Part shown: positions 6,944 through 16,648 of the stretch, piece by piece
Layout: the number at the start of each line of letters is the position of its first letter
How positions within the stretch are numbered: position 1 is the stretch's first letter
From: Candidatus Fervidifonticultor sextus
GTDB lineage: Bacteria > Sysuimicrobiota > Sysuimicrobiia > Sysuimicrobiales > Humicultoraceae
Reading direction: 5' to 3'
NCBI GenBank assembly: GCA_031459875.1
Contig: JAVKHQ010000047.1
Location: 1-17,890 of the forward strand
DNA length: 17,890 nucleotides
The notes under the pieces: generated by a model
What the model was told of the DNA's origin: nothing
Seen by the model: only the letters and a program-made list of their open reading frames with translations
The model's database searches: none
Program-made: the position numbers and the translations under genes

Positions 6944-7981
6944 ATGAGGAGCCGCGCCCGGTCGGTCCAGATCCTCGCTCGGGTGCGCGCGACGCTGCGC
7001 CGTCACGGGATGCTCTCGGGCGGCGAGCGGGTCGTCGTGGCGACCTCGGGAGGCCCTGACTCCATGGCGCTGCTCCACCTGCTGCGCCGTCTGCGCGACG
7101 AATTGAACCTGCACCTCCATGCCGTCAGCGTCGACCACGGGCTGCACCGCGCCAGCGGCGCCCATGCCGACTTCGTACGTCGGACGGCGGGGGCCTGGGG
7201 GATTCCGGCGTCCGTGGTGCGGGTGAACGTGGAGGCCCACGCGCGCCGTGCCCGCCTGACCGTCGAGGAGGCGGCGCGGGCGTTGCGGTACGCGGTGCTG
7301 GCCCGGGTGGCCAGGCGGATTGGCGCCACGCACATTGCCGTGGCGCACACCGCCGACGACCAGGTGGAGACCGTCCTGCTCTGGCTGCTGCGGGGTGCCG
7401 CCCCCGATGGCCTGGCCGGGATGCCGGCCAAGCGCCCCCACGGCCCGTTCCAGGTGATCCGGCCGATGATCGACCTGTGGCGCAGCGACGTGCTGGCGTA
7501 TCTGGCGGCCGAAGGCGTGCCATACCGCACCGATCCTACCAATCGCCGCCGCCGCCCGCTGCGGAACCGCATCCGCCAGGACTTGCTGCCGCGCCTCCTC
7601 GGGTATAACCCGGGTATCAAGGCCGTTCTCCGGCGCCTGGCCGAGCAGGCGGCCGATGACGCGGCACTGTTGGAGCACCTGGCGGGCGAGGCCGCGGCGG
7701 AGACGCTCCGGCGCGTCGGCGGACGGGTCGCCATCGACGCGGCGCGGTTCCGCTCGTTGCCGGTCAGCCTGCAGCGCCGGGTCGCCCATCGCGCGCTGGT
7801 CGAGGCGGGCGGGAACATCCGCGGGCTCGCCTTCGTCCATGTGGAGCGACTGCGCGAGATGGCCGGCCCGGGGCGGGGGGGCGAACGGGCAGACCTGCCG
7901 GGCGTCCGGGCCGAGCGGACCGCCCGCGAGATCGTGCTGGTGCGCGCACGAGCGCGCGCCAGACGCCGGATGTTACAATAG
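6944..7981 (+). CDS. tilS: tRNA(Ile)-lysidine synthetase, short form (~345 aa)
   Basis: PP-loop SGGPDS, VDHGL, EEAARALRY, AHTADDQVET, IRPM, DPTN and RNRIR. ATG 6944 is chosen because the upstream part of the ORF overlaps the tRNA. Confidence 0.95.
   Translation: MRSRARSVQILARVRATLRRHGMLSGGERVVVATSGGPDSMALLHLLRRLRDELNLHLHAVSVDHGLHRASGAHADFVRRTAGAWGIPASVVRVNVEAHARRARLTVEEAARALRYAVLARVARRIGATHIAVAHTADDQVETVLLWLLRGAAPDGLAGMPAKRPHGPFQVIRPMIDLWRSDVLAYLAAEGVPYRTDPTNRRRRPLRNRIRQDLLPRLLGYNPGIKAVLRRLAEQAADDAALLEHLAGEAAAETLRRVGGRVAIDAARFRSLPVSLQRRVAHRALVEAGGNIRGLAFVHVERLREMAGPGRGGERADLPGVRAERTAREIVLVRARARARRRMLQ
7971..7979 (+). promoter_or_regulatory. Possible extended -10 promoter for ftsH inside the last codons of tilS
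   Basis: TGTTACAAT (TGn-TACAAT), an AT-rich spot in very GC-rich sequence, 52 nt before the ftsH ATG. No -35 is seen. Confidence 0.45.
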
Positions 7982-8031
7982 AGACGCGCCTCCGGCGAAC
8001 GCGACCGGGGGCCTGGCCGAAAGAGAGACCC

Positions 8032-9942
<1,911 letters not shown>

Positions 9943-10056
9943 CGGCCGCCCCCGTCCGTCCTGCGGATCTGTCCGGGGGGGACCGGGAGGACCGCGGGGC
10001 GAGGGTGCGGAGAGAAACTCCTCCTTTGCCCGTGGGTCGCAAGGAGGTGCTCTGAG

Positions 10057-11103
10057 ATGAGAGCGCACGAACTCCCGCTTCCTGAGCACTTCGATCCGGA
10101 AAAGGTCGGGCGCGTCTGGATGGTGGACTACAACACCCTGGCGCGCAGCGCCGCCCGGTGGGCCGACCAGCACCGGATCAGGCCGGCCGCCGAGGACCGC
10201 GTGAAGGTCTGCCTCGTGGCGGTGGACGTGCAGAACACATTCTGTATTCCCGGATTCGAGCTCTACGTGGGAGGGCGGTCCGGGACCGGCGCGGTGGACG
10301 ACAATCGGCGCCTGTGCGAGTTCATCTACCGAAACCTGGCGGCGATCACGCAGATCGTCCTGACGATGGATACCCACCAGGCCATCCAGATCTTTCACAG
10401 CATCTTCCTGGTGAATGACCGCGGTGAGCACCCTGCTCCCTTCACGCTGGTGACCGAAGAGGACATCGCCAGGGGAGTCTGGAGATTCAATCCGGCCGTC
10501 GCCGACAGCCTCCGGATCACCCCCGAATACGGGCAGGCGCACCTGGTCCACTACACGCGTCGCCTGCGGGAGGGGGGGAAGTACGATCTCACCATCTGGC
10601 CCTACCATGCGATGCTCGGCGGGATCGGCCACGCGCTGGTGGCGGCGGTCGAGGAGGCCATCTTCTTCCACACGATTGCCAGGGTCAGTCAGCCCGACAT
10701 CCAGGTGAAGGGGAATTCGCCGCTGACGGAGCACTACTCGGTGCTGGGTCCCGAGGTGGCCACGGGGCCGGACGGGCGGCTGCTCGGCGGCCGGAGCGAC
10801 GCCTTCTACCGGAAGCTCGTGGAGTTCGACGCGGTGATCATCGCCGGCCAGGCAAAGAGTCACTGCGTGGCGTGGACGATCGCCGATCTGTTGGGCGACA
10901 TCCTGCAGCGGGACAGGCGCCTCGCGGAGAAGGTCTACCTGCTCGAGGATTGCACCTCGCCGGTCGTCGTTCCGGGTGTCATTGACTACACGGACGCCGC
11001 CGAGGCAGCCTTCCGACGGTTTGCCGAGGCGGGGATGCATGTGGTGCGGTCGACGGAGCCCATGGCGACGTGGCCCGGACTGGGTCGGCTGGTGGCGATG
11101 TGA
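10057..11103 (+). CDS. Isochorismatase-superfamily cysteine hydrolase, long nicotinamidase (PncA)-like form, 348 aa
   Basis: AAGGAGG SD. VDVQNTF (catalytic Asp), TMDTH and WPYH (metal ligands as in PncA), VKG (Lys) and AGQAKSHCV (nucleophilic Cys). Confidence 0.85.
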   Translation: MRAHELPLPEHFDPEKVGRVWMVDYNTLARSAARWADQHRIRPAAEDRVKVCLVAVDVQNTFCIPGFELYVGGRSGTGAVDDNRRLCEFIYRNLAAITQIVLTMDTHQAIQIFHSIFLVNDRGEHPAPFTLVTEEDIARGVWRFNPAVADSLRITPEYGQAHLVHYTRRLREGGKYDLTIWPYHAMLGGIGHALVAAVEEAIFFHTIARVSQPDIQVKGNSPLTEHYSVLGPEVATGPDGRLLGGRSDAFYRKLVEFDAVIIAGQAKSHCVAWTIADLLGDILQRDRRLAEKVYLLEDCTSPVVVPGVIDYTDAAEAAFRRFAEAGMHVVRSTEPMATWPGLGRLVAM

Positions 11104-11200
11104 AGGGAGTCTTCCCTCCGGGTGGAATACACATCTGGCTTGTGGACGGAGGTGTAGGGTGGCCGGCGCACGGTCCAAAGGGCTCGCCCGGAAGACGGGG

Positions 11201-11641
11201 ATGAACCTCAGGCCCGTCCTGATCTACGTCGTCGTCGCCGTCGCGGTGGCCGGGGGGATGTACGCCTGGGACCTGCAGTACCGCCGGGCCGAGGAAGCCC
11301 GGCGGCGGCCGCCCGACCCGGCGGTGATCGCCAAGAACCTCGTGGAGAACATCATCGGGTCGGGCACGGTGAAGGACGTCAGGATCGACCGCGACAGGAA
11401 GGCGGTGGCGGTCACCGTCGAGTCCACCCAATTCAAGCCCGAGGCGCCCAGGCAGAAACTCCGCGAGTTGCTGGAAGCCGAGGCCGTCCTGGCGACCCAG
11501 GCCGTCCTGCAGCAGCTCCGGGAGTACGAGCAGGCGACCGCCACGCTGGTCCACCAGGGGAAGACGATCGCGGTGGGCGCGGCGGCCCGCGGCAGCGAGA
11601 AGATCACCATGACCTACGTGGACGAACGGCTGAAGGAGTAG
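11201..11641 (+). CDS. Hypothetical protein with an N-terminal membrane anchor, 146 aa
   Basis: ATG 1 1201-frame start at 11201 within ORF 10976..11641. MNLRPVLIYVVVAVAVAGGMYAW anchor followed by an alpha/beta domain, with strong GC3 bias. Confidence 0.8.
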   Translation: MNLRPVLIYVVVAVAVAGGMYAWDLQYRRAEEARRRPPDPAVIAKNLVENIIGSGTVKDVRIDRDRKAVAVTVESTQFKPEAPRQKLRELLEAEAVLATQAVLQQLREYEQATATLVHQGKTIAVGAAARGSEKITMTYVDERLKE

Positions 11642-11651
11642 CGGGAGCTGC

Positions 11652-12026
11652 ATGTTCGCCTTGAACTTCTACTCGTCCCTGTTCGCAGACGCACTCCGGC
11701 AGGGCCGCAAGACGGCCACGATCCGGCTGGGGAACAAGCTGGACAAGTATCGAGACGGGCAGATCGTCTGGATCACCGTCGGGCGCCGGTTCGGGACACG
11801 CCGCAAGATCTTCCCGGCCATCATCGACCGCGTGGAGGTCAAGCGACTGGCCGAGGTCACCCCCCGGGAGATCGAGCGCGACAACCCGCAACTGCGGCGG
11901 CACGAAGAGTTGATCGAATTCCTTACCAAGGTCTACGGACGTCCCGTGACCCTCGACAACGAGGTCACCGTCGTGCACTTCTCCCGGATCGAAGAGGGGG
12001 ACGGCTCCCTTCCCGCAGACGTCTGA
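11652..12026 (+). CDS. ASCH-domain protein, 124 aa
   Basis: LNF...GRKTATIR (GxKxxTxR ASCH signature), VEVKRLAEVT and terminal VTVVHF. GGAG SD. Confidence 0.88.
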   Translation: MFALNFYSSLFADALRQGRKTATIRLGNKLDKYRDGQIVWITVGRRFGTRRKIFPAIIDRVEVKRLAEVTPREIERDNPQLRRHEELIEFLTKVYGRPVTLDNEVTVVHFSRIEEGDGSLPADV

Positions 12027-12050
12027 TCGACTCCTCCGCAGGCCCGGGCG

Positions 12051-12626
12051 TCACTCGAGGAGCAGACAGTCCGGCGGCACGTGCGTCGTGAGGTAGAGGT
12101 CCGGGCCGGCCCGGCGGAATTCGATGCCCCGGTCGGCCGCCCGTCGCGCGAAGACAACCACGACGACGGCGTCGGGGGCGTGACGGCGGCCGACTTCCCG
12201 GGCCGCCTGGGGAGTTGTCGAGAGGTGCACGTGCTGCCGGCCGGTCGGATGCAGGCCGGAGGTGGCCAGGCGCGACACCTCGGCCGGCGTCGTCCCGTAG
12301 TAGAGCCACTCGGGCGGCACGGCGGGCTCCCCGGGCTGCTCCACCGAGACGGTGTGGCCGTACCGGGCGCGGATGCGGCCGTCCTGGATCTCATACCGCC
12401 GGGGATCGGCGGCCGCCAGTGCCACCAGGTCGCTCGTCGAGATCGTCTCCCACCCTGGCTGCTTCGCCAGCGCTCCCGCCAGGACGTCCAGCGACACGAA
12501 GCCAGCCGGGTCCAGACCGATGCCGAACTCCTCGGGCCGGTGCCGCAGGACGCGTGCGACGAGACGGCTGAGGCGGGCCGTCCGCTGGGCCTGGCCGGAT
12601 CCGGATCTGCTGCGTGGCGCTGGCAT
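12051..12626 (-). CDS. kptA: RNA 2'-phosphotransferase (Tpt1/KptA family), 191 aa
   Basis: ATG 12626 behind AGGTGG. Motifs VLRHRPEEFGIGLD, RRYE, IRARYGHT, LYYGT, GRQHVHLS, VGRRH and HVPP. Confidence 0.92.
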   Translation of the reverse strand: MPAPRSRSGSGQAQRTARLSRLVARVLRHRPEEFGIGLDPAGFVSLDVLAGALAKQPGWETISTSDLVALAAADPRRYEIQDGRIRARYGHTVSVEQPGEPAVPPEWLYYGTTPAEVSRLATSGLHPTGRQHVHLSTTPQAAREVGRRHAPDAVVVVVFARRAADRGIEFRRAGPDLYLTTHVPPDCLLLE

Positions 12627-12705
12627 GGGACCACCTATGGGTTGGCCATGCAGTCTAGGAGAACCTGCCGCCACGACGAACCATACTGCTCTGGGAGGAC
12701 GCAGC

Positions 12706-13602
12706 ATGGCAGGGCGCTTGGTGGAGTGCGTGCCCAACATCAGTGAAGGCCGGCGGTCCGACGTGATCGATCAGGTCGCCTCGGCCGTGCGCCAGATTCC
12801 CGGCACCAAACTCCTCAACGTCCAATCGGATGCCAGCCACAACCGGACCGTCATCACCTTTGCCGGAGAGGCCGACGCGGTGGCGCAGGCGGCCGTGGCG
12901 CTGACCCGGCGGGCCGTGGCCCTCATCGACATGAACCAGCACCGGGGGCAGCATCCGCGGCTGGGTGCCGTGGACGTGATCCCCTTCGTCCCGATCGGGC
13001 AGACCACCATGGAGGAGTGCGTGGCGCTGGCGCGGCGGGTGGGCGAAGAGCTGTGGGCGCAGCTCCGGCTCCCGGTCTATTTCTACGCGGAAGCCGCGAC
13101 GGCGCCACACCGCGTGCGGCTCCCGGACATCCGCAAGGGCGAGTACGAGGGCCTGGCCGAGAAGATGAGGCAGCCTGAGTGGGCGCCGGATCTGGGGGAT
13201 CCAACCCCGCATCCGACGGCGGGGGCCGTCGTGGTCGGGGCCCGCCGTCCCCTCATCGCCTACAACATCAACCTCCGCACGACCGACGTGCAGATCGCCC
13301 GGGCCGTGGCCCGGGCGGTGCGGGAGTCCGGCGGCGGGCTCGTCAACGTCCAGGCCATGGGCGTGCTGGCCGAATCCGGGCTGGCGCAGGTGAGCATCAA
13401 CGTGCTGGACGCCGCCCGCACGCCGCTGGCCCGCGTCTTTGATCTGGTGCGCCTGGAGGCGGACCGCCAGGGTGTGGCGGTGGCGGGGAGCGAGATCGTG
13501 GGGCTGGTCCCCCTCGACGCCCTCCTGGACGTGGCCCGGGCCTACCTGCGGATGCCCGCCTTCGACCGCGCCCAGGTTCTGGAAGTGAGGCTGACGGAGT
13601 AG
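12706..13602 (+). CDS. ftcD: Glutamate formiminotransferase (monofunctional, no cyclodeaminase domain), 298 aa
   Basis: ATG 12706 behind GGAGG. LVECVPNISEGR, DASHNRTV, HRGQHPRLGAVDVIPF, IRKGEYEGL, HPTAGA, LIAYNINL and SEIVGLVP. Confidence 0.95.
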   Translation: MAGRLVECVPNISEGRRSDVIDQVASAVRQIPGTKLLNVQSDASHNRTVITFAGEADAVAQAAVALTRRAVALIDMNQHRGQHPRLGAVDVIPFVPIGQTTMEECVALARRVGEELWAQLRLPVYFYAEAATAPHRVRLPDIRKGEYEGLAEKMRQPEWAPDLGDPTPHPTAGAVVVGARRPLIAYNINLRTTDVQIARAVARAVRESGGGLVNVQAMGVLAESGLAQVSINVLDAARTPLARVFDLVRLEADRQGVAVAGSEIVGLVPLDALLDVARAYLRMPAFDRAQVLEVRLTE

Positions 13603-13610
13603 CCCGGTCG

Positions 13611-14870
13611 GTGCTGACGGTTGACCTGCTGGTCGAGCACGCCGCCGAACTGCTCACCCTGGCCGGGGACGGCGACCGGCCCCGGACCGGCGCCGCGCTG
13701 CGCGAGCTGGGCCTGATCCGCGACGGCGCCGTCGCCGCGGCCGACGGCCAGATCGTGGCCTGCGGCCCCACCGACGCGGTCCGGGACCAGGTGCGTCCCG
13801 GGCCGGGAGCGACCGTGATCGACGCCTCAGGCCGCGTGGTGCTCCCGGGCTTCGTCGATCCCCACACGCACCTGGTCTTCGCGGGTTGGCGCGCGCATGA
13901 GTTCGAGATGCGGCTGGAGGGTGCCACCTACCTCGAGATCGCCGCGGCGGGCGGCGGGATCCTCAGCACGGTGGCCGCCACCCGGGCCGCCGACGAGGAC
14001 ACGCTGGTGCGGCTGGGTGCCGCGCGTCTGGATTGGATGCTGGCCTGCGGGACCACCACGGCGGAAGTGAAGAGCGGCTACGGCCTCTCCCTCGAAGACG
14101 AACTGAAGCAGTTGCGCGCCATCCACCGGCTGTCGGCGTCCCATGCCGTGGACCTGGTCCCCACCGTCCTGGCGGCGCACGCGACGCCGCCCGAGTATGC
14201 CGGCGATCCCGATGCCTACGTCTCGCTGGTCATCCGCGAGATCCTGCCGGCTGTAGCCGAGGAAGGCCTGGCCGAGTTCTGCGACGCCTTCTGCGACGTC
14301 GGCGCATTCACGATCGCCCAGGGTCGGGCCGTACTGGAAGCCGGGGCGGAACTCGGCCTCGTCCCCAAACTCCACGCCGACGAGTTCGCCGATACCGGCG
14401 GCGCGCGGCTGGCCGCCGAAGTGGGCGCCATCTCCGCGGATCACCTGCTGCATGCCGCAGACGACGGTCTCGCGGCCATGGCACAGGCCGGCGTCATCGC
14501 GGTGCTGCTGCCAGCCACCGCGTTCTTCCTGGGCCTGCCGTACGCGCCAGCCCGCCGGATCATCGACCTCGGCGTGCCGGTGGCGCTGGCGACCGACTTC
14601 AACCCCGGCACCGCACCCACCTGGTCGATGGCGGCTGTCGTGGCGTTGGCCTGTGCGGGGATGAAATTGACCCCCGCCGAGGCGATCACCGCCGCCACCA
14701 TCAACGCCGCCTGGGCGATCGACCTGGCCGAGGAGGTCGGCAGCCTGGAGCCCGGCAAAGTCGCCGATTTCGTCATCCTCAACATCCCCGACCACCGCGG
14801 CCTGGCCATGCACCTCGGTGCCCCGCTGGTGCACCAGGTCATCAAGCGCGGGCAGCCCGTCGTGGGATGA
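13611..14870 (+). CDS. hutI: Imidazolonepropionase, 419 aa
   Basis: PGFVDPHTHLVFAG, GGGILSTV, EVKSGYGL, KLHADE, SADHL, ATDFNPG and GSLEPGKVADF. Confidence 0.96.
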   Translation: MLTVDLLVEHAAELLTLAGDGDRPRTGAALRELGLIRDGAVAAADGQIVACGPTDAVRDQVRPGPGATVIDASGRVVLPGFVDPHTHLVFAGWRAHEFEMRLEGATYLEIAAAGGGILSTVAATRAADEDTLVRLGAARLDWMLACGTTTAEVKSGYGLSLEDELKQLRAIHRLSASHAVDLVPTVLAAHATPPEYAGDPDAYVSLVIREILPAVAEEGLAEFCDAFCDVGAFTIAQGRAVLEAGAELGLVPKLHADEFADTGGARLAAEVGAISADHLLHAADDGLAAMAQAGVIAVLLPATAFFLGLPYAPARRIIDLGVPVALATDFNPGTAPTWSMAAVVALACAGMKLTPAEAITAATINAAWAIDLAEEVGSLEPGKVADFVILNIPDHRGLAMHLGAPLVHQVIKRGQPVVG

Positions 14871-15649
14871 CGCCGGGGCCGGCCGTGAGTCGTCCCGGCT
14901 CCGGGTGCCGACGGTTCGGGACGCCGATGGTCTGGATCGGCGAGGTCGAATCCACCAACGATGTGGCCCGGTGGATGGCCACCGCCGGCGCGCCCGAAGG
15001 CGCCGTCGTGGTGGCCGAGCGCCAGACGCGCGGCCGCGGTCGGTGGGGCAGGGCGTGGGCGTCCCCGGCCGGCGGCCTGTGGTGCTCGATCCTGCTGCGG
15101 CCGGCCGGGCAGCCAGCGTGGGGGCGCCTGAGCCTGGCCGTCGGGGTGGCTGCCGCCGAGGCGATCGAGGCGGCCACCGGCCTCCCGGTCGGGCTCCTCT
15201 GGCCGAATGACCTCATCGTCGGCGGCCGGAAGGTGGGGGGGGTCCTCATCGAGGGACATGCCGGCGCAGTCGTTGTCGGCGTCGGGATCAACGCCAACGT
15301 GCCGATGGAGCAGTTGCCCCCAGACGTCGCGCCGCACGCCACCTCGCTCCATCTGACGGCTGGTTGCCCCGTGCCGCGCGGCCTCCTTCTGGAGGCCCTG
15401 CTGCGCCGCCTCGAGCACTGGTACCCCATCTGGGCCGAGGGCGGCCCTGACGTGGTGGCGGCCTGGTCCGTCCGCGACGTCGCGCGCGGGCAGCGGGTGA
15501 CCGTCAGCGGCCCGGGAGGACCTTTCGAGGGGATCGCCGAGGGCGTCGACGGCGACGGCGCCCTCCGCCTGCGGGTGACCGATGACGAGGTCCGGCGCAT
15601 CGTGGCGGGCGACCTGCTACCTGCGCAGGAGCCATCGGGCGCGCCGTAG
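14867..15649 (+). CDS. birA: Biotin--[acetyl-CoA carboxylase] ligase, class I (no N-terminal HTH), ~260 aa
   Basis: ATGA overlap with the hutI stop. STND, AERQTRGRGRWGRAWASP, WPND, KVGGVLIE, GVGINAN and C-terminal GVDGDGAL. The start could alternatively be 14885 or 14927. Confidence 0.92.
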   Translation: MTPGPAVSRPGSGCRRFGTPMVWIGEVESTNDVARWMATAGAPEGAVVVAERQTRGRGRWGRAWASPAGGLWCSILLRPAGQPAWGRLSLAVGVAAAEAIEAATGLPVGLLWPNDLIVGGRKVGGVLIEGHAGAVVVGVGINANVPMEQLPPDVAPHATSLHLTAGCPVPRGLLLEALLRRLEHWYPIWAEGGPDVVAAWSVRDVARGQRVTVSGPGGPFEGIAEGVDGDGALRLRVTDDEVRRIVAGDLLPAQEPSGAP

Positions 15650-15685
15650 CAGGAGCGGCCCAGAGCGCGTCAAAGGACGCCGGCT

Positions 15686-16648
15686 GTGGACCGACCGCGC
15701 CATGTGGTGAGCATCAGCCTGGGCTCCAGCGCCCGCGACAAACGGGTGGAGACCGAACTGCTCGGTCAGCGCATCATCATCGAGCGCATTGGCACCGACG
15801 GTGACTACCAGCGCTTCTGCCGCCGCCTCCGCGAGGTTGACGGCCGGGTGGACGCCATCGGCATCGGGGGGATCAACCTCACCCTGGCCGCCGGCCGGCG
15901 CCGGTATTACATCCGCGATGCCGTGCGGGCCACCTCCGGCCTGCGGACGCCCGTCGTGGACGGCAGCGGGGTCAAGGAGGGGTGGGAGCGACACGTCATC
16001 CTCCACGTCCTCCCGCGCGAGATGGGCACACCCCTGCGGGGGCGGCGGGTCCTGCTGACGTCGTCGGTGGACCGGTTCGGGATGGCCGAGGCCTTTGTCG
16101 AGGGTGGGGCCGATGTGGTCTTTGGCGACCTCATGTTCGCCCTGGGGATTCCCGTCGGCCTCCGGGGGCTGATCACGGTCAAAGTCCTGGGAGCCCTGCT
16201 GCTGCCCGTCTTCACGCGCCTGCCGTTTTCCTGGCTCTACCCCACGGGCGAGCGGCAGGCGCAGATCACGCCGAGGTTCGGCCGCGCCTACGGCTGGGCC
16301 GAGGTGATCGCGGGGGACTTCCACTTCATCCGGCGGCACCTGCCGGATGATCTGTCGGGGAAGACGATTCTGACCAACACCATTACACCAGAGGACCTGG
16401 CGCTGCTCCGGCAGCGTCGGCTCTCCCTGCTCCTCACCACGACGCCGGAGATGGACGGGCGGTCGTTTGCCACCAACGTCCTGCAGGCGGCCCTGGTCGC
16501 CCTCTCCGGTCGGTCTCCTGCGGACCTCACGCCGGCGGACTATCTGGACCTGATGCGCCGCGCCGGGTTTGCGCCGCGGGTCGAGCGGCTGGCGCCTCCG
16601 CCGGGTGCGCGGGAGCAGGAATTCCCTAAGGATGAGCTGAACGGCTGA
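15686..16648 (+). CDS. Conserved uncharacterised protein (family I recall being auto-annotated 'quinate 5-dehydrogenase'); last 10 aa derive from the IS
   Basis: AAAGGA SD and GTG start. VVSISLGSSARD, ERIGTDGD, VDAIGIGG, PVVDGSGVK, VDRFGMA, FGDLMFALG, LYPTG, IAGDFHFI, GKTILTNT and GRSFATNV. Function cannot be supported from sequence. Confidence 0.8.
   Translation: MDRPRHVVSISLGSSARDKRVETELLGQRIIIERIGTDGDYQRFCRRLREVDGRVDAIGIGGINLTLAAGRRRYYIRDAVRATSGLRTPVVDGSGVKEGWERHVILHVLPREMGTPLRGRRVLLTSSVDRFGMAEAFVEGGADVVFGDLMFALGIPVGLRGLITVKVLGALLLPVFTRLPFSWLYPTGERQAQITPRFGRAYGWAEVIAGDFHFIRRHLPDDLSGKTILTNTITPEDLALLRQRRLSLLLTTTPEMDGRSFATNVLQAALVALSGRSPADLTPADYLDLMRRAGFAPRVERLAPPPGAREQEFPKDELNG
16607..16615 (+). 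repeat. Target-site duplication, left copy (GCGCGGGAG)
   Basis: Identical to 17753-17761 and abuts the left inverted repeat. Confidence 0.9.

Noticed and set aside
9943..9986. GC-rich imperfect stem after ftsH as a terminator
   Set aside because: The pairing is imperfect and there is no U-tract, so it cannot be distinguished from chance at this GC content.
14033..14866. N-terminal extension on BirA (possible repressor domain or fusion)
   Set aside because: Alternative frame of hutI with no HTH pattern. The ATGA overlap gives a natural start.
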